Shown piece after piece: positions 54,232 to 63,997 of a DNA stretch of 64,000 nucleotides (position 1 is the stretch's first letter; each line of letters starts with the position of its first letter). A program made the position numbers and the translations under genes. This stretch comes from an uncultured Actinomycetes bacterium (lineage in GTDB: Bacteria; Actinomycetota; Acidimicrobiia; IMCC26256; PALSA-555): positions 2,438,676-2,502,675 of the forward strand of contig OY970233.1 of NCBI GenBank assembly GCA_963714105.1, written 5' to 3'. The notes under the pieces are model-generated. The model did not search any database. It was not told where the DNA came from and saw only the letters and a list, made by a program, of their open reading frames with translations.

Positions 54232-55332
54232 ATGGACCTCGCGCCGCTCGACCTGACCGGCACCGGGTCCGGCGTCGCCACCGGCTACGCCCACCCGGAC
54301 AGCCGTGCCCTCGTCGGTCGCTCCCCCCGCCCTCGGGCCGACCGTGAAGCCCAGCTCGACGCCATCCTCGCCCCCGGCGCGACTCGACCCGTCGGCGCCG
54401 GGCGCCGCGCCCGACCCGAACCGCCCGACCCGTACCGGCTCTGCTTCGAGCGCGACCTGGACCGGGTGAAGCACTCCCGGCCGTGGCGACGCCTCGCCGG
54501 GAAGTGCCAGGTGTTCGTCGCCCCCGAAGACGACCACCTCCGCACCCGCCTCACGCACGCGGTCGAGGTCGCCCAGGTCGCCACCGGCATCGCCCGCACC
54601 GTCGACCTCTGCCTGCCCCTCACCGAAGCGATCGCCCTCGCCCACGACTGCGGCCACGGCCCCGCCGGGCACGCCTCCGAGGACGCGTTCTCCCCCTACC
54701 TGCCCGACACCGGCTACGACCACGCCGTCTACGGCGCCGACGTCACCCTCGCCCCGTTCAACCTGTGCCTCGAGACCCTCGACGGGGTCCGCAACCACTC
54801 CTGGCGGCGACCCCCGCCGGCCACCCCCGAAGGCGAGGTCGTCGCCTGGGCCGATCGGATCGCCTACGTCTGCCACGACTTCGAAGACGCCGTCCGGGCC
54901 GGGATCCTCAGCCCCGCCGACCTGCCGGCCGAGATCCGAGACGTCGTCGGCACCCGAAGCTCCGACCAGATCGAGACCTTCGTCCTCGCCGCCCTCGCCG
55001 GGATCGACCACACCGGGCACGTCGCCATGACCGAACCGGCCGCGTCGACCCTCTCGGCGTTCCGGGACTTCAACTTCGAGCGGATCTATCTCCGGCCCGC
55101 CGCCCAACGCCAAGCCGAGCGGGTCATCGCCCTCCTCCAAGGCCTCGTCGAGCGGTTCGCCGACGCGCCCCGCAACCTCCCCGACCCCGACGCCGCCGAC
55201 GTCACCCCCGGCTCACCCGAGGCGACCGCGCTCGCGGTCCGCTACGTCAGCGGCATGACCGACCGCTTCGCCCTCGCGCTCGGCGTCGAGCTGCTCGGCT
55301 GGCGCCCCGACCACCTCCCCCGAGGGGTCTGA
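54232..55332 (+). CDS. dgt: dGTP triphosphohydrolase-like HD-domain protein
   Basis: FERDLDRVKHSRPWRRLAGKCQVF...HLRTRLTHAVEVAQV...LAHDCGHGPAGH. Confidence 0.85.
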   Translation: MDLAPLDLTGTGSGVATGYAHPDSRALVGRSPRPRADREAQLDAILAPGATRPVGAGRRARPEPPDPYRLCFERDLDRVKHSRPWRRLAGKCQVFVAPEDDHLRTRLTHAVEVAQVATGIARTVDLCLPLTEAIALAHDCGHGPAGHASEDAFSPYLPDTGYDHAVYGADVTLAPFNLCLETLDGVRNHSWRRPPPATPEGEVVAWADRIAYVCHDFEDAVRAGILSPADLPAEIRDVVGTRSSDQIETFVLAALAGIDHTGHVAMTEPAASTLSAFRDFNFERIYLRPAAQRQAERVIALLQGLVERFADAPRNLPDPDAADVTPGSPEATALAVRYVSGMTDRFALALGVELLGWRPDHLPRGV

Positions 55333-55373
55333 GCGCCCCAGCCGCCACCACCGGCGCCGTAACCTGAGCCGCG

Positions 55374-57199
55374 ATGGGGATCCTCGACGAGGACATCGTG
55401 CGCGTCCGCGAAACCGCCGACCTCGTCGCGATCGCGGGCGACCACGTCGCATTGAAACGGGTCGGGCAACGCTGGATGGGGCTCTGCCCCTTCCACCAGG
55501 AGAAGACCCCATCGTTCTCGATCAACCCCACCCTCGGCCTCTACTACTGCTTCGGCTGCCAGAAGTCCGGCGACGCGATCAGCTTCGTCCGCGAAGTCGA
55601 ACACCTCGACTTCCCCGACGCGGTCGAACGTCTCGCCCAACGCGCCGGGATCACCCTCCGCTACGACGACCGTCGCACCTCCCAGGACCGATCCCGCAAG
55701 ACCCGCCTCCAAGAAGCCGTCGGCGCCGCGATCGACTTCTACCACCGCCGCCTCATCGACGCACCCGACAGCGGCACGGCGCGCAGATACCTCCGCGGGC
55801 GAGGCTTCGACGGTGACGCCGTCCGCCAGTTCCAGCTCGGCTGGTCACCCGACGACTGGGACACCCTCAGCCGCCACCTCCAAGCCCAGCACTTCTCACG
55901 CGACGACCTCGTCGACGCCGGCCTCGCGTTCGTCAACCGCGCCAACCGGCTCCAAGACCAGTTCCGCGGCCGGCTCATGTTCCCCATCTACGACGCACGC
56001 GGCGAACCTGCCGGGTTCGGCGGCCGCGCCCTCGGCGACGAGACCCCCAAGTACAAGAACTCACCCGAGACGCCCATCTACCAGAAGAGCCGACTCCTCT
56101 ACGGCCTCAACTGGGCCAAGAGCGAGATCGTCGCCCGCGGCGAGGTGATCATCTGCGAGGGTTACACCGACGTCATGGGCCTCGTCCTCGCCGGCGCGCC
56201 CCAAGCCGTCGCCACCTGCGGCACCGCGCTCGCCGACGAGCACTTCCAAGTGCTGAAGAACCTCGCCCGCCGCGTCGTGCTCGCCTACGACGCCGACGCC
56301 GCCGGGCAAGGCGCCGCCGAACGCTGGTACCGCTGGGAGCAGGAATACGAGATCCAGCTCCGTGTCGCGGACCTCCCCGCCGGCCAAGACCCCGGCGACC
56401 TGTTCCAGCACGACCCCGCCCGGCTCCTCACCGCCGTCGAGCACGCCGAGCCGTTCCTCCAGTTCCGCCTCGACCGGGCCATCGCCGACGCCGACCTCAC
56501 CACCAACGAAGGCCGGGCCCGGGCCGCCGGGCAGGCCGCCGCGATCATCGCCGAGCACCCCAACGAGCTCGTCCGCGACCAGTACGTCATGCAGCTCGCG
56601 GGCGCGCTCGACATCGACGCCGACCGGCTCCGCGACGCCGTCCGGCAACCCGCCCCGCCCGGCCGGCGCAGCCCCGGTGACCGTCGACGCCGCGACCCGT
56701 CACCACCCGACGCCACCGACCGTCCCCCCGAGCCGACGCGACCGCAACGCGCGGTCGACCGACGCGAGCTCGACCTGCTCCGCTGGGCTATCCACGAACC
56801 CGAGCTCGTCGCCGACTGGATCGACGAATCGCTGCTCCAAGACCCACTCACCCGCGCCGCCTACCACCGGCTCGCCACCACCGCGTCGTTCGCCGAAGCC
56901 CGCGACGGCGCCGACGACGACGTCCGCGCCCTTCTCGAACGCCTCGCGGTCGAGCAGCCGACCACCGACGACGGAGAACCCGAGACCATCCGCGCGCGCC
57001 TCCTCGTCTATGCCGTCGAACCCATCGCGCAACGCGCCATGGCCCCGCTCCTCGACGACAACGACGAACGCGCCACGACCGTCAAGCGCGACCTCGACGA
57101 GCTCGCGCACGCACGCGAAGTGGGGGAGTGGCCACGCGCCGAAGACGCGGCACGACGATTGCTACAGTGGCTTGTGCTCGAGCACCGGGGAGCCCGCAC

Positions 57200-57203
<4 letters not shown>
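55374..57203 (+). CDS. dnaG: DNA primase
   Basis: Zinc ribbon ([25 protein letters not shown]) and TOPRIM domain (ICEGYTDV...YDADAAG). Confidence 0.9.
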
Positions 57204-58528
<1,325 letters not shown>

Positions 58529-58546
58529 CCTGCGACAGACTTTGCC

Positions 58547-58622
58547 GGGGCCGTAGCTCAGTGGTCAGAGCAGGGGACTCATAATCCTTCGGTCGCAGGT
58601 TCGATCCCTGCCGGCCCCACCA
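58547..58622 (+). tRNA. tRNA-Met (anticodon CAT), elongator-like
   Basis: GGGGCCGUAGCUCAGUGGUCAGAGCAGGGGACUCAUAAUCCUU... forms a cloverleaf with an encoded CCA. G1:C72 is paired, so it is not an initiator. A lysidine-modified Ile2 tRNA cannot be excluded. Confidence 0.9.
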
Positions 58623-58740
58623 ACAGCCGCAACGGTTCTCGGGAACCGGGCTCGAGGACCGCGACGGCTGGGGCCACATGAATTGAGCCGCGAGTGGGCC
58701 AGATCGTCAAGGCGTCAGCATCGAACCGGTGGCCGGGGGC

Positions 58741-59706
58741 CTATCCGGTGAAGCGGGGTGTGACAACGACCGGGGCCGCGGCGGGTATGCAGGGTGGACG
58801 GGGGACCTGTGTGGAGGGTGCGCTGGTCAGACAGGCATCGACGGTGTCTCCGGTGTGAACGATCAGGGCCCCTTGTGCCAGTGAGGCGGCATAAGGATTC
58901 GGACCGAGAGCGGGGTCGGCGAGGTTGAAGAAGACATTCCCGGACCACACGGGCTGAAGGGCGCCAGGCGGAGGCGGGGGAGGCGCGCGGCTCAGGTCGC
59001 ACAAGCCGCCGGGCCCGGAGAACGGCGGAACAAATCCGATGGTCAAGTCGACGGCGTCCGGTAGGCCCCCGAGCGTGTAGGTCCCGTTCGCGCTGGTGAT
59101 CGCTCCGCTGGAGGGACCAGTCGGATTGGAAGCGGCGAACACAACGAGGCATGCGTTGGGCTCGGGTGCACCGCCAGTTGTGAGCACGGTCCCTGTGATC
59201 GTGCCGCCTGCGGTGACCGATGCGCAGCCGGTCTCCGGGTCGTGAGGCCCGAGGCACACGTCGAGGTTCTGGGTTCCGGCGGCGACGGGAGTCGCGGTCG
59301 CAGGCGGTACGAGCGACGCCGAGAGGGGCACGCCCCGGTACCACGCTGGAGCAGGACTGGACGCCACGGGAGGCGACGAGCAGTCACCGGAGCGGCTCGG
59401 GGCGAAGAATGCGATGTCGTAGGCGTGAGAAGGGACACCTTGGAACGAGAATGTCCCATCAGTCCTGGATTGGGTAGAACCCGCCGCGACTGGGGGCGCG
59501 GTTCGTGTGTCGTAGAACATGACGCAGACTCCACCGAGTGGACGACCGGTCGTTGCGGCGACGACATGACCCGTGATCGGACCTTGGGCTGCGTGAGCTG
59601 GGACACTCGCTGCGAATACGAACCCGCACAGTGCCATGACGAGCAGTCCACCCACCTGAGTGAAGAGCCCGACCCTTCTCGCAGCCGACCGCAGATCGAC
59701 GCTCAC
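58741..59706 (-). CDS. Secreted protein with two CarboxypepD_reg-like beta-sandwich modules and a C-terminal PVVVTPRFTG tail
   Basis: Signal peptide (LLVMALCGFVFAASVPAHA/AQ). Two modules match ITGxV...G.P...C...F...tDGTFsF.G.P. A Pro-rich segment ends ...AAAPVVVTPRFTG-TAG. Confidence 0.7.
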   Translation of the reverse strand: MSVDLRSAARRVGLFTQVGGLLVMALCGFVFAASVPAHAAQGPITGHVVAATTGRPLGGVCVMFYDTRTAPPVAAGSTQSRTDGTFSFQGVPSHAYDIAFFAPSRSGDCSSPPVASSPAPAWYRGVPLSASLVPPATATPVAAGTQNLDVCLGPHDPETGCASVTAGGTITGTVLTTGGAPEPNACLVVFAASNPTGPSSGAITSANGTYTLGGLPDAVDLTIGFVPPFSGPGGLCDLSRAPPPPPPGALQPVWSGNVFFNLADPALGPNPYAASLAQGALIVHTGDTVDACLTSAPSTQVPRPPCIPAAAPVVVTPRFTG

Positions 59707-59720
59707 TCGATTTCGCTTCT

Positions 59721-60064
59721 TTCAGCCAGACGCTGCAACTACGACTCCCGAAACGGAGACGGTCCGCTGCCGGCGGGAACACCCGTGACGTCAAGGTCAT
59801 AGAAATGTACGCCGCGAGTACGATCCCGACAGGGATCTCGACCGTCTCGTGCAACTTGACCTGCGCGAACCCCGTCGGGGCCGGAGACCTGGTCATGTTC
59901 GAGCAGGGAACCCCCTGGTCAGGGACATCGAACATCAACTTCAACAACGGCCAACACGTTCAACAAGGTCACCAGCGTCGTCAGCTCGACGGGGAAAGGT
60001 CACCGTCCAACGCGGGGGCCTCTCCACCGACTTCATCGTCGACGTGTTCGCCCACTACATCTAG
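59721..60064 (+). pseudogene. Decayed, N-terminally truncated fragment of a secreted-protein beta module
   Basis: The pieces FFQPDA / RRCNYDSRNGDGPLPAGTPVT / VKV..IPTGISTVSCNLTCANPVGAGDLVMFEQGTPWSGTSNINFNNG / ANTFNKVTSVVSSTGK / VTVQRGGLSTDFIVDVFAHYI* lie in alternating frames. The pattern (DSR.G.G..aG....v.v...SNiNF..G...N.V......G.v.v.....d.ivDv.gyy) recalls a repeat common in actinobacterial surface proteins. I cannot name the family. Confidence 0.4.
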
Positions 60065-60160
60065 ACCCCGGCGACCCCACCCGGCTCGTCCTCGGCGCAG
60101 TCGACCGCATCGGCGGGCAGACGCGCCCCCGCCGACCCCGATCCGGTTCACCGCCGCCGG
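60061..60160 (+). repeat. Copy A of a ~95-nt repeat that starts at a CTAG stop context
   Basis: It aligns with 60805-60900. Shared blocks are CTCGTCCTCGGCrCAsTCGAyCGCrTCGGCGG and CCGAC..GATCCGG.TTCACCG. Confidence 0.5.
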
Positions 60161-60238
60161 TCACGCCCGGGGTCCCAGTTCGCGGTTATCGTCACGGTCG
60201 GATCTGCGGGTGCGGGACTCGCAGCGAGGCGGAGGAAT

Positions 60239-60808
60239 TTGGTGCGAGCGACCCGAGTCTTGAGGCGGCCGCGAGGCTGGGCACTCCTGGCGGCCGTGAC
60301 CCTCGCCGCCGCCGTCCCCCTGGTCGGCAGCACGCTCAGCGGAGCGCAAGTGGGGCTCCCAACCCTGACCGTGAACAAGGTGGTGACCGGCGCCGTCCCG
60401 CCGGGAACGACCTTCACCGTCAGCGTCGCGTGCACCGTCCCCGCCGCCCCGGCCGCCACCGGCAAGTCCTCGACCACCCCCTCCAGCGTCACCGCCCAGA
60501 CCGCTCCACCGAGCAGCTCGACCATCACCTTCAACGCGCAGGGTGATCCGACAACCCCGGGGAGCAACGTGGTGACCCCCGCCAACGTGCCGTCGGACTG
60601 CACCGTCACCGAGACCGCGACCGGCGGGGCCCAGTCGGTGTCGTACACCTGCGCGGTCGGATCCGGGAACCTTGACACGACCTGCACGAACTCGCAGTCG
60701 ATCCACCTGGGAGCCGACTCGTCGGGGAACAACACGATCACGGTGACGAATACGTTCCCGCCGCCACCTCCGGCTCCGGTGGTCGTGTCACCGCGGTTCA
60801 CCGGCTAG
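60239..60808 (+). CDS. Secreted protein with a DUF5979/SpaA-like Thr-rich beta domain and a C-terminal PVVVSPRFTG tail
   Basis: Signal peptide (WALLAAVTLAAAVPLVGSTLSGAQ), then LTVNKVVTG...CTVTETATGGA...ITVTNTF, a Pro run, then APVVVSPRFTG-TAG. The SD GGAGGA favours GTG 60242 as the start. Confidence 0.7.
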   Translation: MVRATRVLRRPRGWALLAAVTLAAAVPLVGSTLSGAQVGLPTLTVNKVVTGAVPPGTTFTVSVACTVPAAPAATGKSSTTPSSVTAQTAPPSSSTITFNAQGDPTTPGSNVVTPANVPSDCTVTETATGGAQSVSYTCAVGSGNLDTTCTNSQSIHLGADSSGNNTITVTNTFPPPPPAPVVVSPRFTG

Positions 60809-60900
60809 CCAGCCGCTCGCCCTCTGCCGTTCTCGTCCTCGGCACACTCGATCGCGTCGGCGGTAGGCCCCAGCCCGACGATCCGGATCCGGGTTCACCG
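60805..60900 (+). repeat. Copy B of the ~95-nt repeat
   Basis: See copy A. It begins at the CTAG that contains the stop of the preceding gene. Confidence 0.5.
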
Positions 60901-60939
60901 AGTGGCGCGCGCCTCAGCGGGCGGGTCGTAGTCCACGAC

Positions 60940-61518
60940 GTGAATCGAGACGCCGACGTGAGCAACCAGGGTCCTGACGGGTCGGCGCCGGTGGCTGGGC
61001 CCGACCTCGGGCGCGTTGCCCCCGGTTGGCCGGCGATGCCGCCGAGTGCCGCGTGGGCCGCGCCCATTCCACCGCCGGGCGCGTCGAAGAGCCGGCGATG
61101 GATCTGGTGGCTGGTCGGGGGTGTCGTGACCTTCCTGCTGCTCATCGGGATCGGGATCGCCGTCCTCGTCATCTTCTTGGTCAACGTGTTCAGCGCGCCG
61201 GTGGACGCCTCGAACGAGTTCCTCCATCACCTGCGCGATCGCCAGTACCAAGCCGCCACCGCGCAGCTCTGCAACACCAGCCCTTACCAGTCTGCTCGTG
61301 CCCTCGCGGCGAAGCTCGAGGCGGACGGACCGATCAAGAGCTACGACCTCAACCAAAGCGAGACCACCAACGACACGGGGTCAGTCGGGGGGACCATCGA
61401 CACAGGACCGAAGCAGCACCAGATCCTGCTCACAATCGCTAAGGAGCACGGCTCCTGGAAGGTGTGCGACGCCACCCTCGACGTCGCGTTCCCCGAGACT
61501 CCGACGACCGCGCCCTAA
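60940..61518 (+). CDS. Single-pass membrane protein with a small extracytoplasmic alpha+beta domain (DUF4878-like)
   Basis: A Pro-rich N-terminus, the TM span WIWWLVGGVVTFLLLIGIGIAVLVIFLV, then ...ASNEFLHHLRDRQYQAATAQLC...HGSWKVCDATLD. The start is uncertain (GTG 60940 or a downstream ATG). Confidence 0.55.
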   Translation: MNRDADVSNQGPDGSAPVAGPDLGRVAPGWPAMPPSAAWAAPIPPPGASKSRRWIWWLVGGVVTFLLLIGIGIAVLVIFLVNVFSAPVDASNEFLHHLRDRQYQAATAQLCNTSPYQSARALAAKLEADGPIKSYDLNQSETTNDTGSVGGTIDTGPKQHQILLTIAKEHGSWKVCDATLDVAFPETPTTAP

Positions 61519-61848
61519 AGTGGCCCAGCGTCTTCGGGCGGTCGAACCGGCGGAACCCTTACGCGCGGCAGCCTCACAGCAAGAGATCCGTCGCTCGCGC
61601 AGGGTCAAGCGTTTGGACTCCTCGACCTCGAAGCAGGACGGCCCGTGTCGCAAATTGGCGACAGCTCACGCGACCAGTCGCCGGAATGGAAGGCGCGACC
61701 ACGCCGACACTCGCGGCGCGATTCGGTTACCCGAGGAGAGCCCGGCACGAGCGACCGCTGCTTCGGGGCATTCGTGTTTGCGTGGCGTGGCGCGACGTCG
61801 AGGTAGGTGGACCAGCGCAACGCCCGTTTCAACCGACGGGGCTTTCCC

Positions 61849-62004
61849 ATGCTGACCCTTGGTGTCATCTGTCTCGTGCTCGGCATCCTGCTGAACGCAT
61901 CGATCCTCTGGACCATCGGAGTGGTTCTCCTCGTGATCGGCGCGGTGCTCTGGATCGCCGGCGCCACTGGCCACGAACTCGCCGGTCGACGGCACTACTG
62001 GTAA
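61849..62004 (+). CDS. Small two-TM membrane protein
   Basis: MLTLGVICLVLGILLNASILWTIGVVLLVIGAVLWIAGATGHELAGRRHYW, 51 aa. Confidence 0.5.
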   Translation: MLTLGVICLVLGILLNASILWTIGVVLLVIGAVLWIAGATGHELAGRRHYW

Positions 62005-62037
62005 CGCCGGCCCGAAGAACGGGGAAAGGAACGCCTG

Positions 62038-62337
62038 ATGGTGCTTGCAATCGGATTGATGAGCGCCGGCGGGCAGACCTTCTTCTACGCCGTGGCCGTC
62101 GTCCTGTTCCTGCTCGGGGCCGTTGGCCTCAAGTTGCCGAACGAGCGGGTGAGACTCGACAGCCTCGGTTTGGCGTTCTTCGTGTTCGTGTTCCTCTGGA
62201 GCGCTGCCGCTGCCACATCGCGCTCGACTGTGCGTACGGGGTCCGCCGCCCTAGATGCCGGGGGCTATTCGCTCCGGTATCGGGGCCCGGGCTTTGACCA
62301 GCGATCACTCGCCGGTGACCCTGCCGGCTCGATGTGA
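62038..62337 (+). CDS. Small hydrophobic protein (two TM spans); 3' part doubtful
   Basis: A good SD (GGAAAGGA) lies 7 nt upstream. MVLAIGLMSAGGQTFFYAVAVVLFLLGAVGL...LGLAFFVFVFLWSAAAA. Confidence 0.4.
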   Translation: MVLAIGLMSAGGQTFFYAVAVVLFLLGAVGLKLPNERVRLDSLGLAFFVFVFLWSAAAATSRSTVRTGSAALDAGGYSLRYRGPGFDQRSLAGDPAGSM

Positions 62338-62708
62338 GCCCTCTGCGCTCGTGTCCCGCAAACCCGAAGCGTTGGTGATGGGGTGGATCGAGAGGCCCAG
62401 CGAACCGTGAACCAGCTCGGGGCCCAGCTCGGGGAATGGATCCCCGATGCGGATCTCCAGGGAGCAGCGCAGCGGCACCTTCGAGACTTCGACCGGGTTG
62501 AAGATCCGGGACTTCGTCCTGCTCCTGGTCGAACGACGACTGCCCGGCGACCTGCTAGTCCTCGCCCGAGCTTCGGACTGGCGTCGCGGCGCCCACCGCT
62601 GTCGGCGGGACAGCGCTGCTCCAGAGGCCAGATCACCGCGCGAGGCGCCAGAAATCGAAGCGACGGAGCCGACGGTGGTCGACGACAGGGTCCGGCTAAG
62701 AAGACCTC

Positions 62709-63335
62709 GTGCGGATGCTCCTCTGTCTCTTCGTCCTCGGCCTGGCCGGGGTGATCGGGTTCGGCGTCCGGCTCGCCGGCGCCGCCCCGACCGCCGGGTC
62801 CGGCAGCGGACTCGAGCGGGCGTGCGTCCTGGAGGGACGGTCCGACGGGGCGCTCCTTCGCGGCAAGCAGAGCCCGAACTTCGCGCCGACAATTCAGCAA
62901 GCGTTCGGCGCGACGACGGATCCCATCGCCAAGACCGCCGCGACGGCCGAAGCGGGTTTCGTGCAGCTGGTCACGAGCGGCGGACTGAAGCTCTCGCTGG
63001 ATCAGCTGATCACGGACGATCCGATCACCGGCTACTGCCGGGCGAAGTTCCCCGCCGCGTACTTCTCCGGGAGCCGGATCGTCTCTGCCCCCTGCATCGA
63101 CGCGTTCGACGCGCTCGTCGGTACGGGGCCCGGGGCCACGACCCAGCCGCGACTCACCGCCGAACGTGCCACCGTGACGGCCTGCGGTTCACGGGGGGAA
63201 TGGTTCCAAGGAGCCACGCACGCGCTCGCCGGATGGGTCCGTCACGGCACCGGTGGTCGTGGCACGACCGTGCCCGCACTCTTCCGGGCTTTCTGCGCCC
63301 GGAACCGTGACGCGGCGGCGTGCCGGGTGAAGTAA
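62709..63335 (+). CDS. Secreted Cys-containing protein of unknown function
   Basis: Signal peptide MLLCLFVLGLAGVIGFGVRLAGAAP. The mature part has several Cys and I recognise no motif. A hairpin follows the stop. Confidence 0.5.
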   Translation: MRMLLCLFVLGLAGVIGFGVRLAGAAPTAGSGSGLERACVLEGRSDGALLRGKQSPNFAPTIQQAFGATTDPIAKTAATAEAGFVQLVTSGGLKLSLDQLITDDPITGYCRAKFPAAYFSGSRIVSAPCIDAFDALVGTGPGATTQPRLTAERATVTACGSRGEWFQGATHALAGWVRHGTGGRGTTVPALFRAFCARNRDAAACRVK

Positions 63336-63350
63336 GTCGCTGCGCCTCGT

Positions 63351-63378
63351 GCCGGCCGGGCCCGACCGCCCGGCCGGC
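63351..63378 (+). terminator. Strong GC hairpin, terminator candidate
   Basis: GCCGGCCGGGC-ccgacc-GCCCGGCCGGC is a perfect 11-bp stem 16 nt after the TAA stop at 63335. There is no U-tract. Confidence 0.45.
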
Positions 63379-63519
63379 CCGCTGACCGCGAACCGGCTCA
63401 CGTTCGGGAACAAGGGACCGTTCACGGCCCGACCGGAACGTAAACGCCGGGGATACGACCCCGACTGCACGCGGCATGAACGCGAACCCTCGGTTCGTCA
63501 CGAGCCGAGTACGTCGGTG

Positions 63520-63741
63520 TCAGTTCGGCGAGGGGGGAACCACCGCGTCGAGAGGTTCCTGCCCGGCGCGTAGGCGTTCGCGTCCAAGGTCCGCCGCGGC
63601 CTGCACCTTCGCGAGGGGGGTCCGCGCGACCAGTCGACGCAACTGCTCATAGCGGGCCCTTCCCGCGCGCGCACCCAGGTAGTACCCGGCGGCAAAGCCG
63701 AGCAGAAGACCGGCGCGAAACCGCATCCCCTTTCGTAGCAT
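63520..63741 (-). CDS. Small membrane-associated protein (YtxH-like)
   Basis: (MLRKG)MRFRAGLLLGFAAGYYLGARAGRARYEQLRRL... The start is 63741 or 63726. Confidence 0.45.
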   Translation of the reverse strand: MLRKGMRFRAGLLLGFAAGYYLGARAGRARYEQLRRLVARTPLAKVQAAADLGRERLRAGQEPLDAVVPPSPN

Positions 63742-63742
63742 C

Positions 63743-63771
63743 TTGACGGATCGAATATATGTTCGTACGAT
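63743..63771 (+). promoter_or_regulatory. Sigma70-like promoter candidate TTGACG-17-TACGAT
   Basis: It sits in an AT-rich divergent spacer. The -10 box ends 7 nt before ATG 63779, which implies a leaderless transcript. Confidence 0.4.
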
Positions 63772-63778
63772 GCCAAAC

Positions 63779-63997
63779 ATGGGGTACCGGGGCGACGTTC
63801 ACAAATGCGACGAAGCTCGAAAGTTCCGTGCTCAGGGCCGCACGCTCGTCGAGATCGCGAAGGCCCTGGACGCGTCGAAGTCGTCGGTGTCGGTCTGGGT
63901 GCGTGACGTTCCCTTCACCCCGTCGCCTCGCCGGACCGGGCTCACACGCGGCGCTAGCCACTTCGCGAGCGTCGCGTCCGAGAGGTCGCCGAGCTAG
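63779..63997 (+). CDS. Small HTH-containing protein near the window edge
   Basis: MGYRGDVHKCDEARKFRAQGRTLVEIAKALDASKSSVSVWVRDVPF... has a resolvase/sigma-region-4-like HTH. The part after ~63900 may be out of frame. Confidence 0.4.
   Translation: MGYRGDVHKCDEARKFRAQGRTLVEIAKALDASKSSVSVWVRDVPFTPSPRRTGLTRGASHFASVASERSPS

Noticed and set aside
58547-58622. tRNA-Met as an initiator tRNA
   Set aside because: Positions 1 and 72 form a normal G:C pair. The anticodon stem lacks the three consecutive G:C pairs typical of initiators. It is called as an elongator Met, with Ile2 not excluded.
60805-60897. Minus-strand coding of the 95-nt repeat (ADA[V/I][D/E]CAEDE looks conserved and ends at the shared CTAG)
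   Set aside because: In copy B this frame is only 29 codons between stops and has no start codon. The apparent conservation follows from nucleotide-level similarity and is seen in several frames.
58741-60900. Possibility that the TAG stops after PRFTG are read through into a hidden TM anchor (sortase-like signal)
   Set aside because: Translating past both TAG codons gives non-hydrophobic sequence with no TM span or basic tail (PAARPLPFSSSAHS... and APGHRFDADALTIW...). For the minus-strand gene the read-through runs into the tRNA-Met gene.
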